Below, in pieces: positions 10,769-20,755 of a stretch of DNA of 64,000 bases (position 1 is the first letter of the stretch; the number at the start of each line of letters is the position of its first letter). The stretch covers positions 128,001 through 192,000 of the forward strand of contig OY969100.1 in assembly GCA_963697895.1 (NCBI GenBank). The letters are read 5' to 3'. The notes under the pieces were generated by a model that saw only the letters and a list, made by a program, of their open reading frames with translations, searched no databases and had not been told where the DNA came from. A program made the position numbers and the translations under genes. Source of the DNA: an uncultured Methanomicrobiales archaeon (GTDB lineage: Archaea; Halobacteriota; Methanomicrobia; Methanomicrobiales; Methanospirillaceae).

Positions 10769-11669
10769 TCCCTCCGGTCAGATCGGCGTCATAACGACCT
10801 TTTTTGGATATAAAGGAAAAATCCTCCCTAAGATTCGTTTATTATCGGAGATCTTCCTCTCCCTGGGCATCAGGCCGTACATCCAGCTCCACTCCGAGCC
10901 CTCTGAGGAGTTTGATCCTCTTGTTCACGAATTGATCTCGGTACAAAAAGAGTACGATATCAAGTACAGCATCCATCAGTCCCTGTGGCTGCCCCACAGC
11001 GATTTTTTCATCAATTTAGGAAGCAGCGACCCGGATATCAGGGAGGGTTCGATACGGGCTATGAAAAGGTCGATGGATCTTGCGGTCCTGATCGGTGCGA
11101 AGAATGTCAGTTTCCATGCAGGGTATGCAGCGAACGATATGCGACAAGGTTCCGAATTCGATACGCTCGTGCCGGTCGGTGAAATTCCCTATGAGATCGC
11201 GTATGAAAATGTAAACCGGGGACTTCGGGAGATAGTCGATTATCGTGATGAAGATATCCGGATCAGCATAGAAAATTTGTGCCATCGGCCCGGTAACCGG
11301 TATCTCTTTTCAGAACCCTCTGATTTTTTGCATCTGCCCGGCGGGGTGAATGTCCTCTTTGACATCGGTCATGCATATTATTCGGGTGCCCGGACGGACG
11401 ATCCCGGATACATCGACCGGTTTATACAGATAACCGGGGGAAAGATCTCGGAAATTCACGCGAGTGATAACGAGGGGATGGAGGACGAGCACAAGCTGGT
11501 CGGGTCTGGTTCCATTCCCTTTCCTGAAATATTCGGTACAATCAGAAAATTCCAGAGAATGCCGCCGGTCATCATCGAAGCGACCGGCCGGAGATATAAC
11601 TATTCGGATACCGACCTTAAAACCAGTATTATGCAGCTGAATGAGATGCTTTCAGGGGTGGGCGCATGA
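10761..11669 (+). CDS. Sugar phosphate isomerase/epimerase (xylose-isomerase-like TIM barrel)
   Basis: SFHAG, IENL, FDIGH, EIHASDN...EH, IIE metal-binding pattern. TTG at 10761 taken as start (ORF open from 10728). Confidence 0.8.
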   Translation: MNDPSGQIGVITTFFGYKGKILPKIRLLSEIFLSLGIRPYIQLHSEPSEEFDPLVHELISVQKEYDIKYSIHQSLWLPHSDFFINLGSSDPDIREGSIRAMKRSMDLAVLIGAKNVSFHAGYAANDMRQGSEFDTLVPVGEIPYEIAYENVNRGLREIVDYRDEDIRISIENLCHRPGNRYLFSEPSDFLHLPGGVNVLFDIGHAYYSGARTDDPGYIDRFIQITGGKISEIHASDNEGMEDEHKLVGSGSIPFPEIFGTIRKFQRMPPVIIEATGRRYNYSDTDLKTSIMQLNEMLSGVGA

Positions 11670-12640
11670 ACCGGTCAGCAGATCCGCCGGTTACCATCAT
11701 CGCCGAACTCTGTCAGAATCACAAGGGGGATATCGATATCCTCAAAGAAATGGTGCGGGAATCAGCGAAGGCAGGCGCAACATATGCCAAAATACAGTCC
11801 ATGTATGCGGACGACCTCACGTTCAGGGAGAGGTTCGAGACAGGATTGATCAAAGACGGGAAAACCCTTACGATCAAGCGGCCGTTCCGGCAGGAATATG
11901 ACCGCCTCAGACCCATGGACCTCGATCCCGAAGCACACTGGATTTTTATCAGGGAATGTGAGCGGTATCACATAAAGCCCCTCACCACTGTTTTTTCCCG
12001 ATCGAGGATACCGTTTCTCGAACAATTCCCCTGGAACGAGATCAAAGTGGCAAGTTATGACTGTGCCAGTTTTCCCCTGATACGGGAATTAAAAGAGAGA
12101 TTCGGACACCTGTTCATCTCCACGGGTGCAACCTACGATCACGAGATCCGGAAAACCGCAGAGATACTGAAAAACCATGGTTATACGTTTCTTCACGGAG
12201 TGACCATTTATCCGACACCCCTCGATTCATTGAATCTTGCACGGATGGATTATTTGAGGCAATTCTCCCCGGCCGTCGGGTTCAGCGATCATACCCTGGT
12301 AGAAAGGGACGGGATAAACGCGTCCATTGTGGCGTTATATAGGGGAGCCGATCTTATTGAAAGACACTTCACCGTCCTCGACAAAACGGAAACCAAGGAC
12401 GGGCCCGTATCGATAAACCCGGACCAGCTGAAAGAACTGGTGGAATTTTCAAAAATGGATAAACATATGCTCAAATCTTATGTACAAAAAGAAATTCCGG
12501 ATTACCGGAGGATGATCGGTGACGGGAGATCGAACCTGACCCACGAGGAGTTATTGAACAGGGACTATTACCGGGGCCGTTTCGCCAGTAAGATCGATAA
12601 CGAGGTCGTGTACAACTATGACGAAAAAAGGGCCTTCTGA
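11666..12640 (+). CDS. neuB: N-acetylneuraminate (nonulosonate) synthase family, no evident C-terminal SAF domain
   Basis: IIAELCQNH, KVASYD, ISTG, LHGVTIYPT, GFSDH, IERHFT...KD. Confidence 0.85.
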   Translation: MNRSADPPVTIIAELCQNHKGDIDILKEMVRESAKAGATYAKIQSMYADDLTFRERFETGLIKDGKTLTIKRPFRQEYDRLRPMDLDPEAHWIFIRECERYHIKPLTTVFSRSRIPFLEQFPWNEIKVASYDCASFPLIRELKERFGHLFISTGATYDHEIRKTAEILKNHGYTFLHGVTIYPTPLDSLNLARMDYLRQFSPAVGFSDHTLVERDGINASIVALYRGADLIERHFTVLDKTETKDGPVSINPDQLKELVEFSKMDKHMLKSYVQKEIPDYRRMIGDGRSNLTHEELLNRDYYRGRFASKIDNEVVYNYDEKRAF

Positions 12641-13373
12641 CCGGAAAAACATCCTGGGGATCATTCCGGCACGCGGAGGGTCAAAAGGAGTTCCGAGAAA
12701 AAACATCAGGTTGTTGCATGGAATTCCTTTAATTGCGTATTCCATCTCTGAGGCAAAAAAATCACGGTATCTGAACCGGGTAGTCGTGTCGACCGAGGAC
12801 GCCGAGATTGCGGAGGTGGCGCAAAAGTGGGGGGCAGACATTGTTCTCCGCCCGGATGACCTTGCGGCTGATGATTCTCCGGTATTATTGGCATTAAAGC
12901 AGGTTGTCCTACACCTGTCGGAGAAGGAAGGATATGATGCGGATATCGTTGTCATGCTCCAGCCGACAACGCCATTCCGTAGAGCCCCCGATATTGATAA
13001 TGCTGTTGAATTGCTCTTAAAAACCAATGCGGATTCCGTGATCAGCGTTTGTGAGGCGCCCCATACCTGCAATCCCCACTGGGTAAGAAAAATCGTTGAC
13101 GGCAGGCTCCGTCCCTACACGGATCGGGACGAAGATCTTCACCCGATGAGACAGGATTTACCAAAGGTATACTGGCGGAACGGCCAGATATATGCGATGA
13201 AGAGATCGGTGCTGTTCGATAAAGACAGCCTGTACGGAGACGACTGCCGGCCGTATATCATGCCGAGGAATTTCCATATCAATATCGACGAGGAACTGGA
13301 CCTTCTGCTTGCCGGACTGATCATTGAAAAAGGACTGATTGAAATTGACAAACCGGAAATGGTTTCCCGGTAG
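12618..13373 (+). CDS. neuA: Acylneuraminate cytidylyltransferase
   Basis: IIPARGGSKGVPRKN, VVSTED, LQPTTPFR, NIDEELD. Confidence 0.93.
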   Translation: MTKKGPSDRKNILGIIPARGGSKGVPRKNIRLLHGIPLIAYSISEAKKSRYLNRVVVSTEDAEIAEVAQKWGADIVLRPDDLAADDSPVLLALKQVVLHLSEKEGYDADIVVMLQPTTPFRRAPDIDNAVELLLKTNADSVISVCEAPHTCNPHWVRKIVDGRLRPYTDRDEDLHPMRQDLPKVYWRNGQIYAMKRSVLFDKDSLYGDDCRPYIMPRNFHINIDEELDLLLAGLIIEKGLIEIDKPEMVSR

Positions 13374-13706
13374 GCCTCGAGGTCGAGGAGCGGCGAGGTG
13401 ATACGATACCGTATGAATCGATTTTGATATCTGACCGGAAATACGGATATTGCTCCTTCGCTTTCCTCTGTATTCTTCATCTGGGAACATATTGAGGGAA
13501 GAAAACCCCGTACCCCTTCACCGGCATTATACGAAAAACCAGGAGACCCGGGATGGAGGGTCCTGAATTCTCCGGCATAAAAAGGGTCTCAGGTCTCTCA
13601 GACCGGCGGGTAATACGTCCATCATAAGGTGAGAATGGTACCCCCCGGCTGAATGGAGGTGAGAAAGAGGGAGATGCGATAAAAGGAGATAAATCGCGAA
13701 CGCTCT

Positions 13707-14285
13707 TTAAGCCCGGTATCCGAGTATCTTTCCCGGGTTTCCTGCCACGATCGCATTGTCGGGAACTTCTTTCACCACTACCGCACCCGCGCCGATAACA
13801 GCATTTTTCCCTATCCTGCCGACGTTCGGAAGAATTATGCATCTCTCGAGTAATATTGCCCCTTCCTCGATCACGGTCTTCTTCAACAGGACCTCTTTTT
13901 CCGTCAGGGAACGGTACTGGTGATCGTGCGTGAGTATGGAGACATCATTCGTGATCAGGACATTGTCTTTTATCACCAGTTCTCCCCTGATGTCCAGTCG
14001 CACGTTATTCCGGATGGTCACCCCGTCTCCCAGGATAAGCGTACCGTTGCCATCGATCCGGACACCATCTCCGATCAATGCGAATTTCGATTCGATGGGA
14101 AGTTTGTAGGGGCTTCTCGGCAGGATCAGTCTGCCGCGTGCGTACACGGTTCCCCGTATCCGTGAACGTATCCAGGAATTCCGAAGCGTATTGAAGACGG
14201 GAAGATCCGGAGAGGTGAGCAGTTCCATGAATCCGTTATACAAACGGATCGAAAATAACCGGTAATTTCTTCCCCTGCTTTTCAT
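13707..14285 (-). CDS. Hexapeptide-repeat O-acyltransferase
   Basis: ILTHDH, IGKNAVIGAGAVVVKEVP, VAGNP. Confidence 0.88.
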   Translation of the reverse strand: MKSRGRNYRLFSIRLYNGFMELLTSPDLPVFNTLRNSWIRSRIRGTVYARGRLILPRSPYKLPIESKFALIGDGVRIDGNGTLILGDGVTIRNNVRLDIRGELVIKDNVLITNDVSILTHDHQYRSLTEKEVLLKKTVIEEGAILLERCIILPNVGRIGKNAVIGAGAVVVKEVPDNAIVAGNPGKILGYRA

Positions 14286-14306
14286 CTTACCTCACTCTCG
14301 TAAACA

Positions 14307-15476
14307 TCAGTATCCACCATGTTCCGGTCTCCGGTCGGGCCCGCCTGGCGGTGACCCTCCGGCGACGCGCCGGTAATACGCCTCCGCGAGGTCGGTGATC
14401 CGCTCCCAGTCGTAGGGTCCGGTGAACGCGATCGCGTGCGGCCGCATCTCCGGTGCACGGGCCAATGCTTTACGGATGGCGACCGCGAGCGCCGGCGCCG
14501 TCGGGGCGCAGAGGACCCCCTGGTCCGCGGTGACAAAGTCCTTTGCCGCATTCTGCGGGTGATCCGCGGTGACCAGGACGAGGCCGCAGGCCAGGGCCTC
14601 GAGCGCCGCGATGCCGAACCCCTCGCGGGTGGAAGGGAATGCAAAGACGGTCGCGGATTTCATCCGGGAGATCACCGCGTCGTGGGTCGGAAGCATGCCG
14701 GTGAACGTGACCTGCCCTGCAACCTGCAACGTCCGGGCGAGCGCCTCCAGCCGTTCCCGTTCCGGACCGTCCCCGATGATCAGGCAGCGGATGCCGGGGA
14801 GTTCCGCCGCACACGACGCGACCGCCTCGATCAGGAGGTCGACATGCTTCTCCGGGATGAGCCGCCCGGCAAACAGGACATCGACCGGGTCCGGCGAGGC
14901 GGGCAGTGCGAGGATCCGTTCCCGGTCGATCCCGTTCGGGATGATCGCGCTCTCCTGCCCGGAGAGTTCCCAAAGAGCCCGGGCAGTGAGGGGGGAAGCC
15001 GAGACCGCATGGGGAGAGATACCCGCCACCACCCGTTCGATTGCTTTTCCAAACGCCCCCCATCTCCCGAGGTATTCGTACCAGTACTCCCCCCATACCT
15101 CGTGCCAGGTGATCACGAGGGGCGTCCTCCGGAGAACCGCACTCAGTTTCGCTCCGAATACCGAGAAGAAGGGAAAGTGCTGGCAGTCGATCAGGTCGAA
15201 TCTCCGGGAAACAAGCGGGATCACGACGGCCCACCCGAAGAGGATCGCTTCCCCGATGGACCGTCTCCCGTCGCGGTACAGGGGCATCTCCGGGCAGACC
15301 CCGTGGAGCGTCACCCCCTCACGGGTGATGGTTGTGGCGCCGACCCAGCAGTGCATCCCGAAGAGGTGCACCTCGTGCCCTCGTCCTGCGAGCCGCTTCG
15401 CCACCTCCCAGATCCGCAGCTGCACCCCGCCCGGTATCTCGGGATATACCGCATCGTAGACGTAGGCGATCCGCAT
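14307..15476 (-). CDS. Glycosyltransferase family 4
   Basis: YDAVYPEIPGG, TWHEVW, GRLIPEK, REGFGIAALEALACG. Confidence 0.93.
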   Translation of the reverse strand: MRIAYVYDAVYPEIPGGVQLRIWEVAKRLAGRGHEVHLFGMHCWVGATTITREGVTLHGVCPEMPLYRDGRRSIGEAILFGWAVVIPLVSRRFDLIDCQHFPFFSVFGAKLSAVLRRTPLVITWHEVWGEYWYEYLGRWGAFGKAIERVVAGISPHAVSASPLTARALWELSGQESAIIPNGIDRERILALPASPDPVDVLFAGRLIPEKHVDLLIEAVASCAAELPGIRCLIIGDGPERERLEALARTLQVAGQVTFTGMLPTHDAVISRMKSATVFAFPSTREGFGIAALEALACGLVLVTADHPQNAAKDFVTADQGVLCAPTAPALAVAIRKALARAPEMRPHAIAFTGPYDWERITDLAEAYYRRVAGGSPPGGPDRRPEHGGY

Positions 15477-15488
15477 CGCTCCCCCCGT

Positions 15489-16655
15489 TCAGGACTCCGG
15501 CAGGTTCATCCGCATCATGCTCACAAAGATGGCAAAGAAGATGATCTGCACCCCGATGCTGATCCCGGCAAGGGAGAGGATCGCGTTTGCGATCTCGGAG
15601 AGAGACCCGTACCCGGACTGGATCCACTCGGAGATGATCGAGAACCCGAGCACGATCCCGAGCAGGATCAGCAGGCCCCCGAGGAGGAGAAACCGTTCCA
15701 GGTTATGATACCGGAGGATCACCTCCGTGACCCTGCTCCGCTCCCCGTACCCGTGGATCTCGGAATACACGTCGATCATCGCCCCGGTCAGGAACGCCTG
15801 GACGCCCGCCACCAGGAGAAAACCGCCGAGGATGACGGTGTGGGCGTGCGTCTCGGCCGATCCGAGGGCGAGAAGACTGATCAGGGCGATCCCGATGAGG
15901 GCGAAGATCAGCCCGGGGACCGCGATGAACGGGATCGGTTTTAGGAGCAGAATGAACCGCACGTGCCGCCACCCGTCGGCAAAGGAATGCAGATTTGACG
16001 GGCTCTTCCGGGGATGATAGTGAATCGGGACCTCCTCTATCCGGAGATGCTCCCGGTTCGCCGCGACGAGCATCTCAGATGCGAACTCCATCCCCGACGA
16101 AGTCAGGCGGAGCCGCTCCAGGGCCTCCCGCCGGATCGCCCGGTACCCGCTGTGGGTATCGGTAAACTGCGTGTGAAAGATCCGGTTCAGGAGCCAGGTG
16201 AGCAGGGGGTTTCCGATGTACCGGTGCAGCCATGTCATCGACCCCGGATCCATCTTCCCGGTGAAGCGGGACCCGATCACGAGGTCGGCTCCCCGGGAGA
16301 GCGGGGAGACGAGGGCGGGAAGTTCGGAGAAGTCGTACGTCCCGTCGGCGTCTCCCATGACGACGTAATCCCCCCGGGCACGCCCGAATCCCGCGATATA
16401 GGCGTTCCCGTACCCCCGTGCCCCGGGATGGATCACCACCGCCCCGAGCGATCGGGCGATCTCCGGGGTCCGGTCGGTGGAAGAATCGGCAACGATGATC
16501 TCCCCGGAGATCCCGTTCTCCCGGAACGCCTGCTGAATCGCCTGGATACAGGGACCGATCGTCTGCTCCTCGTTCAGCGACGGGAGGACGACCGATACGG
16601 TCCCTTTCATCCCTGCCGGGGCCGGCTGATCTCCTTCATGGTTCATCCGCACCAC
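15489..16655 (-). CDS. GT2, dolichol-phosphate glycosyltransferase-like, with C-terminal membrane domain
   Basis: LPSLNEE, GYGNA, MGDADGTY, VIGSR, TDTHSGYR, GMEFASE; four hydrophobic C-terminal segments. Confidence 0.88.
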   Translation of the reverse strand: MVRMNHEGDQPAPAGMKGTVSVVLPSLNEEQTIGPCIQAIQQAFRENGISGEIIVADSSTDRTPEIARSLGAVVIHPGARGYGNAYIAGFGRARGDYVVMGDADGTYDFSELPALVSPLSRGADLVIGSRFTGKMDPGSMTWLHRYIGNPLLTWLLNRIFHTQFTDTHSGYRAIRREALERLRLTSSGMEFASEMLVAANREHLRIEEVPIHYHPRKSPSNLHSFADGWRHVRFILLLKPIPFIAVPGLIFALIGIALISLLALGSAETHAHTVILGGFLLVAGVQAFLTGAMIDVYSEIHGYGERSRVTEVILRYHNLERFLLLGGLLILLGIVLGFSIISEWIQSGYGSLSEIANAILSLAGISIGVQIIFFAIFVSMMRMNLPES

Positions 16656-16670
16656 CCGTGCCGGGAAGGA

Positions 16671-19136
16671 TCACGGGACCTGCAGCCCCTTCCGCACGTC
16701 GTCTTCCGTCACCTGGTACGTCGTCCCGGTGCCGGCGATCCGGTACGGCCCGAGCGCCCGCACCCCGGTCCCGGTATCGATGGTCGGGTACGGCACGATG
16801 AACTCCCCGTTCTCGCTCTGCTGCCGGTAGGTAAACTGCCTCCCCTCGTTCGTTTCCAGGGAGAGCTCGATGATGCCGTCCCCCCGGATGTGCGCCCCCT
16901 CCACGATCTCGAAGATCTTGACCGCCTGTATCGGCGCCAGCCCGGGCTGCCGTGCATTGGTCGGGGACTCGTAGACGAGGCGGAAATGCCTGAGCGCGGG
17001 AATCACGTCCACGGGCTGGTCCACGAACCCGCTGACCGCGATGGCTCCGGAATCCCCGGTAAGCCCCGACTGTACGGCCTTCGCACGCGCTTCTCCTGCC
17101 GGGAGCTTCTCCATCGTGGTGACAACCGGGTAGGGCACTCCGGCTTCCCGCGTATATTCAACATAGAACGCCGTGTCCGGAACGACCATGCTCCCGTCGA
17201 AGTTGTGGAGCCGGGTGGACATGGCGAGGAAGAACGGTTGCGCAAAGAACTGGAGAACTTTCGTATCCCCGGAAGCCTGAGGCTGGATCATGATGGGTGT
17301 AAAGTCCTCCCAGGTGAAGCCCCGCGGGATGGACTGATTCCCGAGGACCAGCGTCGTGACGTACCCGTAATCGGTGACCACGTAACGACTCCCGAGGGCG
17401 GATGAGACATTCAGGGCGGTATTCTCGTCCTGTGCGAAGAGGAACTGGTAGACGTTGTTCCGCCCCGTAACATGATCCTGGAACGGGTTTGCATTCGGGA
17501 TACGCTGCGCGATGTACGTGATCCAGTGCCCCGCCGGCCACCGGGCGAGTACGCCGTAGGCGGTATCCGGATACTGGAACGTGTCCTTATCGTAGATCCG
17601 GTAATAGTCGACCCCCGTCTCCGGGGTATGGGTACCCATCCACGTCGTCGCCGCGACCCAGTCGGCCGGGATCATATCGGATGCCTGCCCCTGGTGGTTC
17701 GCGATGATCACCGAGGTGGTGGCCGAGAGCACCGCAAAGAGCACCAGCAGGACCAGCGCGATGATCGCGACGGCCGCCCGGACCCCGGACGGCTTCTCCA
17801 CGGAGGGGGCCTCTTTCCGGGGCTTTCCCTTCTGCTTCGGGGTTTTCTCCCCCCCGGAACGCCGGAGGAGGCGGCGGATGTCTCCTCCCCCCCATGACCA
17901 TGCCGCAGTGACCGCGAGCGCGGAGAGGAGGACCACCGGCACGGCCAGGTAATATTCGTACCGGAGGTGCTGGATCGTCGAGAAGAGCACCACTGCGCCC
18001 CATACGAGCACGAACATGGCCTCCGCACGGCGGGTCCGGTATATTTCATACAGGAGGACGAAAAATCCCCCTGCCATAAGGATGAGACCGACGTTGAAGA
18101 CTGCCACGGCCCGGGTCAGGTCCCAGGGCTGGAGCTCCGCGACATAATACGGCTGCCCGATGTTCGCGAAGAAGACGCCTGCCGACTGGACCATCAGCTG
18201 CCCGAACTCCGGCAGGACCACGAGGGGGATGCCGATCGCAAGGAGCGCCGCCGCGATGAGGAATACGATAAAAAGGAGCTGTTTTTTCCGGAACACCCGG
18301 GTGAGGGCATACAGGACGGCCGTCACAACTATCAGGATCAGGTACACGTACACGTGCGCCATCGAATACAGGGAGAGGGAGAGCAAGGAACTCTTCGCGC
18401 CGAAGAGGAGGAACCCGATGATGACGATCCCGAAGATCGTCGCGTTCATGAAGAGGAGGTATGCGGTGGACCGCTCCCGGAAATAATCGGCGATCCCCTG
18501 GGCCAGGGTGAATATACCCACGATGAGGGCGAAGAGGACGATCGTCGGCATGTTCAGCAGACCGAGAAGGTAGGCGATACCCGCAAGGACAGAGAGGAGG
18601 AGGGGGGTCGTCAATGTCCGGAGGTCCTTTGTCGTCATCTCCTTCCAGCCGGGGTACCGGAGGAGGGCGATGTAGATGAGGGCAAAGATGGTGGAGAAGA
18701 GGACCTCCATGATATGGTGGTCCACGTACCCGAAGAAGCCCCGGTACATGTATTCCCCGGCGACCACGGCGATCAGGCCGGCCGCGATCAGGCCGGTCCA
18801 CTTGTCCCGGAGCACCCGCCCGGTCAGGTACATCACCGGGACCATCAGGGCCGCGAGGATGACCGGGAAGATCGAGGCGACATATGCCGCTTCAGGGCGG
18901 GTCGTTGCCCCGAACAGGAGACAGAACGCGGCGGCCGAGACCGGAAAGAGCGGCCCCCAGTCGATGATCTTCCCGTCGGGGTACGCAGTCATCGGGTCGA
19001 ACCAGGCATAACCCGGGAAGTTGTGGATCACCTGGTCGATCTGGCGCATCATGAACCAGGGATCGGTTGAGATGAGCCGCACCTGGCCGTCGATGACGAG
19101 CGAAGCGGCAGGGAGCATGCGGATCGCGACCGCCAC
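16671..19136 (-). CDS. aglB: Oligosaccharyltransferase AglB/STT3 family, atypical paralog; frame stays open to 19244
   Basis: STDPW, FDPMT.YP.G..IDWGP, GYVDHH, VAE, HLRYEYY, GHWITY..RIPNANPFQ, LRHFRLVYES, VKIFE, SENGEFIVPY. The WWDYG motif reads RWPAG. Confidence 0.92.
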   Translation of the reverse strand: MAVAIRMLPAASLVIDGQVRLISTDPWFMMRQIDQVIHNFPGYAWFDPMTAYPDGKIIDWGPLFPVSAAAFCLLFGATTRPEAAYVASIFPVILAALMVPVMYLTGRVLRDKWTGLIAAGLIAVVAGEYMYRGFFGYVDHHIMEVLFSTIFALIYIALLRYPGWKEMTTKDLRTLTTPLLLSVLAGIAYLLGLLNMPTIVLFALIVGIFTLAQGIADYFRERSTAYLLFMNATIFGIVIIGFLLFGAKSSLLSLSLYSMAHVYVYLILIVVTAVLYALTRVFRKKQLLFIVFLIAAALLAIGIPLVVLPEFGQLMVQSAGVFFANIGQPYYVAELQPWDLTRAVAVFNVGLILMAGGFFVLLYEIYRTRRAEAMFVLVWGAVVLFSTIQHLRYEYYLAVPVVLLSALAVTAAWSWGGGDIRRLLRRSGGEKTPKQKGKPRKEAPSVEKPSGVRAAVAIIALVLLVLFAVLSATTSVIIANHQGQASDMIPADWVAATTWMGTHTPETGVDYYRIYDKDTFQYPDTAYGVLARWPAGHWITYIAQRIPNANPFQDHVTGRNNVYQFLFAQDENTALNVSSALGSRYVVTDYGYVTTLVLGNQSIPRGFTWEDFTPIMIQPQASGDTKVLQFFAQPFFLAMSTRLHNFDGSMVVPDTAFYVEYTREAGVPYPVVTTMEKLPAGEARAKAVQSGLTGDSGAIAVSGFVDQPVDVIPALRHFRLVYESPTNARQPGLAPIQAVKIFEIVEGAHIRGDGIIELSLETNEGRQFTYRQQSENGEFIVPYPTIDTGTGVRALGPYRIAGTGTTYQVTEDDVRKGLQVP

Positions 19137-19573
19137 GGCAATGAACAGGAGGAGCAGGAGGGGTACGATGTACTTCCGGAGCGCCGGAGATAAACCCGTT
19201 TTCGCGGGTTCCGGGGGTTTCGTCGGGTCGGGAATAATACTGTACTATTGCCGATCGTGAATCATAAACGTTCTCTTGCAGGATATCCGGGAAGCCGCCG
19301 GACGCTGTTTTCCGACCCCGGTGAGGTACCATAAAGAGGTGCCTGCCAGAAAATCCCGGTGTTCCGGCCGTTTTTTTTATCCGGAGAGGAAAAACCGGAC
19401 ATAAGGATCGGGAAGAAATTATAACAAAATCTATAGGAAGACACGACAATTCATTACCGGAGAGACCGGGGATGGTGGCTGGATGCCACAATACCGTGAT
19501 GAATAACGGTTTTTGGCCGCCTGTACATCGGTACAGGAGAAACTCGGAGAACGATTAGGGAAGGCACCAGTCC

Positions 19574-20704
19574 ATGTTCCATTTCTCAAATCCTGCCCGG
19601 GTGAGACTGAAGCAATTTTTTTCTCTCCCGGATTGTTATGTTAAAATCATAAGGAATGAAGAATTTAAAAAATCCCGGAATAAATCAGGATGGGAACTGG
19701 CACGGGATCTCTGGACCCTTTTTTTCAGCTATAAAATGTTTCCCAGGATTTATGTCTGGTGCCGGTTATGGGAAGTGGACCGATCGCAGTGGAAATATTA
19801 CTACGGATATCAAACCATCCAGAAGGCGAGATTGCGAAGTACCGTTGAACCCCGGGAATACGATATCCTCTTCGACGATAAAGCGGTTTGTGAACTTCTC
19901 TGCAGGGGGATCGGGGTAACGAATCTTCCGCATACCTATGGTCTCATTCGTCCCGATCAGGACTATACCGAGAGGATCAGATCGATCTTTCAACATGCAG
20001 CGACACCTTCCCTGATCATCAAGCCGGTACGGGGTCATGCGGGGCGGGACATAGTACTGGTCACGATGACCGACGGGACCATCAGGATCCGGTCCGGACG
20101 GGAACTCATACCGCTGGAGGATTTTACGTTAGCAAAACCTGCGATTGTCCAGGAACTGGTTAAGCAGGACCGGAGAATGGCCGCATATTCATCAGCGTCC
20201 GTGAACACGATACGGGTCCTGACAATGTTCACCAAAAACGAGTCTGTTATTGTCCTGGCTGCATCGATGCTCTGTGGTGTCGGGGATTCGTATGTCAGCA
20301 ACTGGTCCGCGGGAGGGGTCGGGATCGGTATCGATACGGCAACAGGACGACTCATGAAATATGCGCATGATAAAAATGCAACGAGATATACGGAACATCC
20401 GACATCGAAAATTACGTTTGAAGGTTTTCCGGTACCCGAATGGGAGCGGATCATCGACCTCGCCACGACAATTCAAAAAGCATTCCCCTTTTACCGGATG
20501 CTCGGCACGGATATCGCCCTTCGGGAAGGGGGGGAACCGGTCCTTATCGAGATAAACAACGATCCGGGGTTTTCGGGAATGGAACAAACACGCCCTTTGC
20601 TCCAGGCCGAACAGAATCTGAAAGCATTTGGGGAATACGATCTGTTCATCAACAAACACCAGAGGGAACTGTATGCTGATAAAGAGAATACCGCGGGCGT
20701 CTGA
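19574..20704 (+). CDS. Sugar-transfer-associated ATP-grasp ligase (copy 1)
   Basis: FDDK, IIKPVRGHAGRDI, VQELVKQ, SVNTIRV, VSN, GTDIA...PVLIEIN. Confidence 0.82.
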   Translation: MFHFSNPARVRLKQFFSLPDCYVKIIRNEEFKKSRNKSGWELARDLWTLFFSYKMFPRIYVWCRLWEVDRSQWKYYYGYQTIQKARLRSTVEPREYDILFDDKAVCELLCRGIGVTNLPHTYGLIRPDQDYTERIRSIFQHAATPSLIIKPVRGHAGRDIVLVTMTDGTIRIRSGRELIPLEDFTLAKPAIVQELVKQDRRMAAYSSASVNTIRVLTMFTKNESVIVLAASMLCGVGDSYVSNWSAGGVGIGIDTATGRLMKYAHDKNATRYTEHPTSKITFEGFPVPEWERIIDLATTIQKAFPFYRMLGTDIALREGGEPVLIEINNDPGFSGMEQTRPLLQAEQNLKAFGEYDLFINKHQRELYADKENTAGV

Positions 20705-20755
20705 TCTGCGAAATAACCGGTAATCCGGGTGAAGAGAGGCAGGAGGCATTCAGTC

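Noticed and set aside
14436-19070. Long plus-strand ORFs (14436-15944, 16014-17405, 17967-19070) and similar ones at 52761-54245 and 60011-60844
   Set aside because: Antisense shadows of GC-rich genes with no recognisable motifs.
19245-19247. Pyrrolysine read-through in aglB
   Set aside because: No pyl genes or other in-frame TAG cases are visible, and the position is in a non-conserved N-terminal extension.
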